Source: Bugula neritina
Lineage: Eukaryota > Animalia > Bryozoa
DNA length: 64,000 nucleotides
Assembly (NCBI GenBank): GCA_964035545.1
Contig: OZ037766.1
Span: 24,048,126-24,112,125, forward strand
Reading direction: 5' to 3'
The position numbers were made by a program, and so were the translations under genes. Shown one piece after another: positions 54,073 to 64,000 of this stretch. The first letter of the stretch is position 1. The number at the start of each line of letters is the position of its first letter. The notes under the pieces were generated by a model. The model ran no database searches. It had not been told where the DNA came from and worked only from the letters and a program-made list of their open reading frames with translations.

Positions 54073-57000
54073 CTATACATCCATGTCTTCAGTGTCTACA
54101 TGTGACACAGATTCCTTTAGTTTCTGCACAATTCTAATGTAAGCCTTAGTAACCAGACTGTCAGGATATTCGGTGTACAGAGATATGCCCTGATCACAGC
54201 ATTGAGCTAGTTTAGGATCCAAGGGTATAGAGCCTAGGTAGGGCACATCTAAAACATACGGAGCAAACAATACTTTGTTGAAGAGTGTGACTAAAATGGG
54301 TAGCCACTCGGTGTCGCGGTCCGTGACACCCAATTTAGTCATTAGGGGGGTTGACTAAAATGGGTGTCGCGAAAAAGTTTCGTTTTATTTTCAAATTCTT
54401 ACAGTTGTGACTGTTGATTTACTGTTAAATAAATTTTCAGTGAATAATGAATATATAAACCAAAATACATCAATAAATAATGCTAAAATTGAAATAATTG
54501 CAACAAAAACAAACTTGTTAAGAGTTATCTTTCCTTGTCAAAATATCAATTTTCAACTTAATTTTATTGTTATTTAAGAGATCATAGACATGCTGACTTA
54601 TAAAACATATACTGTCAGCTAGTAAAAATGCTGAGAGCAATATTAACAACAAGCAAAAATGTTTACGAAGTGTGAAAATAAAACTAAAAATCTTCGTGAC
54701 GCCCATTTTATGTAGTTAAAACACCCACGAATGACTAAAATGGGTGTCACAGTGATTTTTGCTTTATTTTTAGCTTTCTGGGCGGCTTTGGATTAAATAA
54801 ATTATGTCATATTAAAACTTCTATTTGCTTTTACTAATTTAGATTATCAAAACTTGTAATACTCATAAATATTGAGAAAAAAATGGTAAGAAAGAAACAA
54901 AGAGCAAAGGAAAGATAACTCTAGGGAGTGTCACTGCTCGTTTTGGTTTTTATTATAATATTTTATCTTTATTGTAAATTGTTATGTCATTTGAGATAAA
55001 ACAATTATTATATATTAAGGTTTTCCCAGAGTTTTGATCAACAATCAATTTAACAAGAATTGCCAAAAAGCTGAAAAATAAAACAAAAGTCACCGTGACA
55101 CCCATTTTAGTCATTCTGGGGGGTTTCAACTAAAATGGGTGTCGCGAAAATGTTTAATCTTTTCTAAACCTTGAGAAAATTTTTGTTTTTTCAATATCGC
55201 TTTCAGCGTTTTTACTAGTTTAAAGTATATGTTTTATAAGTCAGCATGTCTATAATCACAACGATAACAGTAAAATTATGTGAAAATTGAATTTTTGATA
55301 AGGAAAGACAACTCTTGACGAGTTCGGTTTTTGTTATAATTACTTCAATTTTATCATTATCTATTTATGCTTATTGGTTCGATTGTGACATGTTCATTAT
55401 TCACTGGAGATTTATTTAACAATACTTTTAGCAGTCACAACAGTAAAAATAAAACGAAATTTTTCGTGACACCCATTTTAGTCAAAGCCCCTTTGTGACA
55501 CTGGGTGGCCAACCATTTTAGTCACACCTTCTGTTGAGCTATAGTAACACTATGTCAAATGCATCGTACAAAGATAAATCGTACTGTATCTAAAAGATTA
55601 TTGTAGAGTGTATTTAGCTATCTACTGCAGATTGCATTTAGCAATCTACGGCCATATATAATTATAATACTAATCTAATATGGCCTAGAAAAACAATAAC
55701 ACATTGCATTCAGAATTTATTCCAAAATGAAAATTATATTAAAATGCTTAAACCCCTCTTCCAATTGCTTGCCATAATATTTCTCAACAACTAGTAGGTT
55801 GATCTATAATATAACTCACAAATGCTCTCCAAGACAAATAATTAATGATTATCTCAGGAAGCGGTTCATTTTATTATATAACATATACGGAAGGTTAGAA
55901 AATCTAATAAGGGCCATTTTACTTAATTTAGTACACACTATATATCTCTAGATTTTAGCTATTTCTCACAGTTGGGCAGTTAATGTAGGCTACATATATA
56001 GTACATAGTTTCTTGCATTTGCCTGATAAAATATTAACAAATACTGCTGAATAATCAAGGATTTTTCTAATTTTGCTTGCTTTTCTGTTTTTCATAAATT
56101 AGGTGGTGATTTTTTCATCACGGCCTGCACACTAGATATTTAGTTCGTTCTCAATTGAGTAAAACGACCCATACAGCTTTAGGAGTTGGCTACCCTTAGA
56201 TAAACTAATGACTTAATGTAAGCAAGTTGAAAAAGAAGTTCTCAATTTACATTTTGAAGATATTCATTGCCAAGAGGAAAATAAAAACATCAACTACTAA
56301 CCCATGTCGGTGGCCATTTTTCTTACTCCATCAACTTCGGAGACAGGAAATATCTCGGAATGATACGAACATGTCGGGCAAATAAATGTTGACATGTTTT
56401 CAATTACTCCAATAACTTTGAGCCCTACTTTCTTACAAAAACTGATTTCTTTTCTGACATCACTAAGTGACACTTCTGCTGGGGTGGTTACAATGACTGC
56501 TCCGTCTATATGAGACCTGAAGTATATAGGATCACAGACTAGGCTACCAAGTCTCAATGGATAAAGTAATGTGACGCAATAGAAAAAGCAGAAAATAAAA
56601 ACTATCCAGCAGCACACTGAGCTACTATATAGCTTTTTATTTGTATATATTGCAGTGCCAAAGTTCTTTAATCAAGCTCTAGAATGACTCTAGACATAAA
56701 CCTCAAATACATGGTCCCAAGGCTTACCTAAATCCAATGATTCCCACTTATATCAACTCAAACAAGTGCACACTAATCTACCATGAAATAGTTGGCTCAC
56801 AAACTGACCCTTTCAAATACTGTACGATGGACAGATGCTCGTCTGAAGTGCCTGGAGGCGTGTCCACCACTAAGTAGTCCTGATATCCCCAGTCAACATC
56901 TCTTAGGAACTGCTTGATCAGTCCATTCTTCTTTGGCCCTCGCCAGATCACAGCTTCATCAGCACTACACAGGGAATATGTTGAATATGAAATCAATTGG

Positions 57001-58279
57001 GCAATTCCAACTTGTAAAAGTTGTATTACAAAGTTATTTTTATCAAGGTTTTGAGTTGGCCATAAAAAACCTAACATATATATATGCGTGATTCAACTGG
57101 CACTCCTAAACAAATGCTCAACATTAAATTGGATTGACCATTTCTTTACAATAATCATTCAGCAATGTTAGGGGAATACAAAAAGAATACCAAGATAATT
57201 TTAACTTTGGATTAAAATAAAATAAATTTAATAATGATCTAACAATTTCCATGACCACCACAATAAGTTAGTTCTTCAAATAGAACACTCAAAATTGTTA
57301 TCAGAAATATTGGTTTTTGATACGCATTCAATATGCAAACATATATCAGAAGACTAACACATTGATGAGCAGTCATGAAGTGATAGTGCTAAAATACCTG
57401 GGCAGCAGAAAGCCAACTGACATGAGAGCTAAGTTATCTTCTATATAGATAGGGGACCATCCGCTTCCACTCTGGTGCACCTAGCAGAATTCACAATGTA
57501 CCATGATTCAGTACTTAGTACAGCGTGCAATGTAAACAGTGTAATATATGAGGATAGTTTAGACTGTGGTCCAAGAACCTGTAGCCTGAGGGAGTACACT
57601 GTAGTCTGAGAGAGTATACTATAGTCTATTTGGGTAGATTACAGTAGGAAAGTAAAGAGATAAAGTATAAAGGAAACCAGTCTAGAAACCCACCTGCTCT
57701 CCCTCTACACCCATTATAGTGGGTAATGATGGGCCGCATATATCGATGTCCAAAAGAGCTACAGAAACATTTTCATCAGTGGCTAGACCTCGAGCTATTT
57801 GTGAGCTCACCGTGCTTTTACCCACACCTCCTTTACCCGAGAGCACCTGCCAGAAGGTGTAATAACTTATTAAGAGCAAGTTTGTGTTACAGTGAAACAA
57901 AGCGCACGTGTGTGATGGTGAAAAACACCAAGTGAACCAACAACAATTTGCTGACAAAAATAGGCGCATGAAGAATAGCTACTGGAGGATAACTCACAAA
58001 TGACTGATAATTTTGACAAAATAAAGCAATAGCAATTTAGGACTGATAAAAAAGTATCAACAGTTGATTATATAAAAATTAGGAGCATGTGTTTTCTATA
58101 CATGCCAGAATTTTATGTTTAACTTCACTGAATCTTTCATTGATTATGGGTATAGCAGGGTCTGGCGGTGCTGGGGTAGAACTTGCACAAATCTTTTGAT
58201 TTGGACAACCTTCACAAGCTGATGCTTTGCCAGCCTGTTCACTCTCTGTCCCGGGACAGTGCTCTGGGACTGACTCCAT
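54073..58279 (-). CDS. NUBP1: Cytosolic Fe-S cluster assembly factor NUBP1/Nbp35, 318 aa, 6 coding exons
   Basis: Exons 58279-58106 (GC donor), 57846-57694, 57480-57398, 56964-56809, 56516-56302, 54248-54073; N-terminal [67 protein letters not shown]. Confidence 0.96.
54280..55531. mobile_element. 1.25-kb foldback-type non-autonomous DNA transposon in NUBP1 last intron
   Basis: Termini GAAGAGTGTGACTAAAATGG / CCATTTTAGTCACACCTTC, flanked by a TGTT direct repeat; ~600-bp imperfect inverted arms; repeated GACTAAAATGGGTGTC motif. Confidence 0.85.
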
Positions 58280-58919
58280 CAGCCTATAATCAATGAAAAG
58301 AGCATCTATAAATAACTCATTTTAGCTTTGGAGTTGCTCTCTTTCCAAAAAGGAGATTTTCAAATATCAACAAGCAGTAGCAATATTTAGCAATGGGGCA
58401 ATACATTTTTTGCTTCAGAGAGGAATATTTGAATAACAAAACATAGTTTAGTACTTAAATAAAGTTAGCAACACACTTTATATACAATATTTCAAAATAA
58501 AAACCTAGAGTCAATATATATTTTTACCCTCTAAATATTTAGAGAGAAAATCTGTAAAAATCTGCTACCCATCAAAGTTTCCTTGAAAATATTTATCATC
58601 TCTTATTGTAAAATTTTACTTGTAATTTTTTACACATTTGTAACATTAAATATCTTACAAGGCATCTGAACAACTAAAATCTAACACAACAATGGGATAT
58701 TCAGAAATACAATATTTAACAGTGTTTTCAAGTTTAGTGTCCTGTTCATTATATAAGATCATGTCAAAAATTATTTTGATTAGAAGGGCATAGTTGTGGC
58801 CCTTTTTTCTATGCTGTAGCTGGGTCTTAACTACTGACATTAAAAAGTCATTGTTAGGAGTATTTCTAGTTTAGTGATTAGACTATGACACAGCCATATG
58901 TGCTTTTGACATGAATCAA

Positions 58920-60240
58920 CGCATGATGATTCTGATTAATGGTAACCATATTAAAATTATTTTAATAATAATGAATATCATAATCATAATGAAAATTATT
59001 ATTATTTTATTTTAACATTCTTAAAGTTGAGATTGAAAGCTTAAAGGTAAAGCCTCTGTAATGAATTGCTAAACCTATAAGTTGTTTTACGACTACTGCC
59101 AGTCATAGCGCAATCGGTATCACTATGATTATGTTAATCATGATAATCATAATGATAACAATTTAATCATTGAGGACCATTGTGATGTTATTGTTTGTGT
59201 TGATGTTTGGTGCGGTCATTTGTAATAATCATAATGATATTGTCATTGTGAATGGGGGCAGGTCATTACATACACAAGTTGTTTTTTCGTATTCACTTTG
59301 TTCAGATTGTTTTTTGTTCACATCAATATAAACTGACTAAAACACATATTTTTGATCTTTATTTATTATTTGATGTATGAGTCATGCAGTACTGCTTACA
59401 AGGAACTTGCACATTTTATTTCATCGCATGCTTATTCATTATTGTGACGTGTAGATCTTGAGGGGGAAGGGTTGTTCTTTTGGTTTAGATATTGTTATCA
59501 GTAGATAGTTAATAAATATAATTGTTGCTCTAAAAACACGCTGGGAGAGAGAGAGCTAAGATACAATGACTAAGTAAACTAGTATCATTCAAGTAGTTAT
59601 CCAGTGGATTAATTTATTATTTATTTTGCATACGAAATGACCATTTTGCAAACAAAACGACCAGTGTACGAAACGATTTGCCTACGAAACGACAGTAGCT
59701 GTTGAGTGTTGTAAATATATTGATATTCATATTTATATTGTGACTTATAAGTCATATATCATATATGTCCGTATTGATATTGATGTTCACTTTGAAGTTG
59801 AATGACTTTGACCCATAGTTAAACTTAATGTTATACTTATACTTATAGTATTAGTTGAGTTATGCTAAAGGTAATACTTATTATTATAGTTATCGTAAAA
59901 CTAAACGGTGACCCATACTGTAGTCATAATATTAATCACAATGAATAAACTTATTTAGATAAATTGAAATTTATATTGATTATGCATTTATTGATATTCA
60001 TTACCATTATCACTTAATCATTATGATTAATATTATTATCACTATGACTATGACTATGGTTCTCAAAGTCAATATGAACATGAATATTTAATATCATTAT
60101 AATTATTAATTATTCATTATTAATGTATAGGATTATACTAATACAATATATGAGTATCAGTATCATTATCAGAGTATGACTATGAGTATGAGTATCAGTA
60201 TCATCATGAGTATGACTATGACTATGAGTATGAGCAATGA
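58920..60240. repeat. Degenerate hexamer tracts (AATCAT, ACTATG, AGTATG) at ~58920-59250 and ~59720-60240
   Basis: 3/6-periodic low complexity like 14100-14820 and 15500-16600. Confidence 0.75.
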
Positions 60241-61000
60241 GACACCACTGCCACGCAGAAATCAAAAATTATTAGCTCTCCCAAATTGAAATTTCATTCG
60301 TTCATGATGCAAGCACTTGGGCGTTTTACCTAGTCACAGTTGTTACTAAAAACAACTGCAAGCCAGCAAGGTTTGTTGCTGGACCTATGGAGCCTAGTTT
60401 ATACTCGCACTGAACACAACAGAACAGAACAGAACAGAACAGAGGCGTGCGAAATTATGTATTGTCATATTATTTGAAACTGATAAAATGTTGATTGATG
60501 TAGCACAGTGTGTAGGACTACTGAGTGCATTAGCACATTAGTTGAGTTCGAGGTTCAGCGTTTTTGAACTCAAGTACTTTCAGCTTAGTGCTGCATCTAC
60601 TAATTTTAAAATAGCAAGTTTCTAACAAACACAGTGTTGAGGGGAAGGATAACCGTCTCTACTTTAACAAACTTTGATGGCAATAAAATTTCACTATTGG
60701 TGTGTAGCCAATAAAATGGCATTATTGACAAAAACCATTTAGTGATTTGGCAGTAGATATCAACCTTGACATTATTGAAAGGTATCCGGTCAAAAAATGC
60801 TAAAATATATTACGCCTTGAAACTCATGCTTTGATGTTATAATTTTACGATGACAGTTGTTATTATTTAAATAAATTTGTGTGAAAGTTGGATTTGCTTT
60901 TGCAGAATTTATTTGTTTTTTTCCAGATTTTCTTTTACATATAAACATTAGCTTTGTGAATGATTATTCGATTAATGAAATTAGATGGAGTTTGCATTTA
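60240..61000. promoter_or_regulatory. Probable divergent promoter between NUBP1 and MRPL30
   Basis: Mostly unique segment between head-to-head genes, bracketed by hexamer tracts; contains a short (AGAAC)n run. Confidence 0.45.
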
Positions 61001-61019
61001 GGAATATCTCAATTTTGGT

Positions 61020-61500
61020 GAGCTTTTACTTTTACTTTCACTTTCAGTTTTGATTTAAGTTTTAGTTTCAGTTTCACTCTTAGTCTTAGTTTTCAACTTG
61101 AACTTGAAGTTATTGATAGTAAATATCATTATCATCATCATATACTTGCTGTTATGCTTGTGCTCTATTTTATGTTTACACCTATAATAATAGTTATAGA
61201 GTTAGACTATCGCTATTGACTTCATATAGTTATAACCATACTGATACTTGATATTCATATTGATATTCATATTGATATTAATATTTATATCAAGTTTAGT
61301 TCTGAATTAAAGTATAATATTTATTAGTGATTTTATTAAATCAAAATGTATCTATACTTTAACTTTCGCTTAGAGTTAGTATCAATATGGCAGTATTACG
61401 GAGTAATTTTTGTATAAGTATTACTTTTAGCGTTACTTTGTCTATTAGTATTACATTTAATGTATTAGCAATAGCCAATAAGTATAGCTCATTAGTCATT
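61020..61500. repeat. Degenerate hexamer tract (ACTTTT, AGTTTT, GATATT, CATATT, AGTATT)
   Basis: 3/6-periodic low complexity just upstream of the first recognisable MRPL30 exon. Confidence 0.7.
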
Positions 61501-61551
61501 GCACTTTTTAGCATTCAAATACATGCAGGTTACTTTTTCTATTTAATTCAG

Positions 61552-64000
61552 GCACATCTGAAGCCAGTTGCTTTCCAAGCAGTAAGACACAAAGGTGTTA
61601 AAAAGTATAACCGCATCAACTGGAAGCCAATTCCTCCTAAAACAAGGCGCGACTCATTCTATAAGCAACATGAGCCTCTGGATTGGAAAACCACAATTCT
61701 CAACTACAAGGTGACACCAAATACTTGTAAACTAACTCGGGAATAATCTGACTGGAATGTTTTTATAAATAGCAGGTGTTGCTGGTTAGCAAATCTTTTA
61801 AACACGGTATGCTAATATAACCATGATAAAAGTAACATAGAGTACCATGAGTTTTTAAATAAACAGTTATTGCTGATTTATTTTACTGCTTTTTCTCGAA
61901 GCTTGTCTGTACCTTTTTATTCCTCAGATTTTTTAGTCTACAAAACTATTATAGTTTCTTCTTCTAATCTATGTTTTCAGATTATTTTCTTTAGCAACTA
62001 TACGGCCCATATTCTGAGCATATTTATGCTTGGGTGAATATTCAGTTATTGCATGCTGTCTATATAACTTGGTGTCACTGTATATTTACGCAGAAGAAAC
62101 TGGCTGATCAAGCATCTGACCCGCTGCCGCCTCCATCCCCCATGCACGTTGTCAGCAGGTGCAAGTCTCTCAAAGGTCAAACCAAAGAGTGTAAAGCTCT
62201 GTGTTCCCATTTTGGTATTGGAGGAAGGGTAATATTCTAGTTATCTTTTATTAGATTATACATACCTTTATTAGTTCCACACATTGACACACCCTTGCTA
62301 TATATGATATTTTTTCTCAAGACCACACCTAAAAGCTACAGCTTCAATTTTTCTTTCAATCTGTACTTTTAGTTTATAAGCTAATATATTTTACAAATTC
62401 AACTTGTGCAAAGCTAAACTTTTTTGCTTCATAATTTATATTTAGAACATAATATGTTTTTAGTAAAATTGCTTGTTTTTAAGAGTTGTGTTCCTTATAT
62501 GTTTGTCTTTCAGATAGAAAAAGCAACTCCTAATTACTGTCCTCTGTTCTTCTTTTGTGCATTCTGGAATAAAAAAAACATCTAAATAATAAGAAAACAT
62601 TTTTTATACAATTTAATTTCATTCATTTTTTACGGATTACAAAGTTACCAACATGTTCTATGTACAATTATCTGCATTAAAATAAGTTGTATAAGGTTAA
62701 ATTATTATTTTTATGTCATTCATTCATTTTGAAATCATTTTTTATAATAATTATATGCATACAAACAGCAATACGTGTTATGTATTTATTGAGATTTATA
62801 TATTTATTTTTGTATCCAAGTCATAATTTAAATGTTTTCATCCGTTTTTTTCATATTAATTTCTAAAGTGTATATATCTGTACATTTTCAGTGCCAGTTT
62901 AAGAGAATTACAAATGAAACATTTGTGTGTCAATTGCTGATAGTTTGTATCACATAGGAAGACCGAGAGATGTCCATGTTGACCTAGATACTACAATGTA
63001 TGCTGCAAATATTAGAATATTAATTCACCATGTTTCTTTCTAATATGGCTTCATTTCTCATTGTAGTTACACAAGCAGGTTGTAATTCCTAACAGCGCTT
63101 CTAACAATGAACTACTGATGCAGATTAAACACCTTATAAGGATAAAACCTCTTTCTATGCCTCAAGGTCTTCCAGAAACCAGTTCTGAAACGTGGAATAG
63201 TCAGCTCAAAACTGACGGCTCTCTTCATATTATCAAAGTGAGTATCACAAGATGTACTTCAGTGTTTACCTACTTGCACTAGAAAAGCTTGTAAATTACA
63301 GAACACCAAGAGTTGATACACTCTTGTGAACGTACAACAAAACTAAATTATTACTGTAGTTTCCAAATTGTAAGATTAGCTCCCTTTTTTTTATGTTACA
63401 ATTTTATTCTTGGTTGGTAGAAGCTGGTCAGAACTAATACAGCTTTTACTCCTTTTACTGTTTTTTTTTCTTGTATTTATTCCCAATTTGTTTGTTTGAA
63501 CATGCTATTGTACAACATGAGAATAGCTTTCTCCGAGATGTGTGTTTAATTTTTTTTAATACAGTTTTAAATTTGTTGTTGAGTTGGTCCATTTGGTGCT
63601 GCTAGGGAATTGTGGGAACAGTTACAAAATCATTTTCATGTCAACTTGATGAAACTTTTTTTGGTTTTGAACTACTAGTCACTACTCCTGTGAGAAACTC
63701 CTGATTGAAATGTTTTAAGCTGGCTAAGGCCTTATTCATATGTAGCACAGGAGCAATTATGACTGGATGCTCTTCCTAATATCACCAATGGCCTTTACTG
63801 AGGATCGAACTCATGACTATGGATGTCAACTATTGTGGGCTTGTTTTAATTTTGGTGTGTATATTGTTGGTTTGATAGAGTTTACAACCTATTGAGGACG
63901 TTTCTAAACCAACTCGACTCATGTGTAACCAGACGTTGCTCGACTCAAACAGGAGACAGATGGAAAATTATGGTCTTCTAAGGGAATATGTAAAGACTAA
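61552..64000 (+). CDS. MRPL30: Mitochondrial ribosomal protein L30 (uL30m), partial; start exon unresolved and gene runs off the window
   Basis: Phase-0 exons 61552-61710, 62094-62228, 63067-63237, 63879-64000; PSPMHVVSRCKSLKG..FGI..N..L..IKHLIRIKPLSMPQGLP...LKTDG.L matches the uL30m pattern KHLIRIKPL..PQGLP. Confidence 0.85.
63675..63817 (-). mobile_element. Second, head-truncated copy of the tRNA-derived SINE
   Basis: GCACAGGAGCAATTAT.ACTG.ATGCTCTTCCTA..ATCACCAATGGCCTTT shared with 31123-31174. Confidence 0.8.

Noticed and set aside
54249-54342. [11 protein letters not shown]-terminus on the last NUBP1 ORF
   Set aside because: Derived from the foldback element end and intron; the true exon starts at the acceptor at 54248
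57579-57645. ~20-bp degenerate tandem repeat in a NUBP1 intron, and similar CTATAG repeats near 29600-29690
   Set aside because: Ordinary decayed minisatellites with no coding or splice consequence that I can see
59629-59696. Repeated TACGAAACGA motif as a regulatory array
   Set aside because: More like a subterminal fragment of a DNA transposon; no partner end found in the window

Overview
AT-rich, intron-rich animal genomic DNA. A lophotrochozoan source is inferred from the molluscan-type myosin essential light chain motif DFWDGRDG. Reading splice sites by hand gives these genes: GCHFR (+), myosin essential light chain (-), ZNHIT1 (-), a 24-exon ~1007-aa protein with a disordered N-terminus and a TPR C-terminus (+), an intronless 463-aa orphan ORF (-), NUBP1 (-) and MRPL30 (+, partial). 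Mobile elements include a Gypsy-type LTR end, a truncated CR1/L2-type LINE, tRNA-Thr-derived SINE copies, a hAT MITE and a 1.25-kb foldback element. The most notable item is a cluster of three paralogous genes at 34-47.7 kb that the ORF track misses or reads in the wrong frame. Each has a CCAAT+TATA promoter, a non-coding exon, a 52-nt signal-peptide exon and an exon for a 40-48-aa, strongly cationic, Arg/Gly(/Ser/His)-rich secreted peptide. In two paralogs a double stop codon sits where the third has a Gly-Arg-Arg processing site, leaving a C-G-G-R-x-Q-x-x-C cassette intact behind the stops. Also notable: degenerate hexamer tracts bracket both divergent promoters, two genes need GC-AG introns, and a minisatellite multiplies a splice donor in frame. 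All gene models are manual predictions; no database searches were run.
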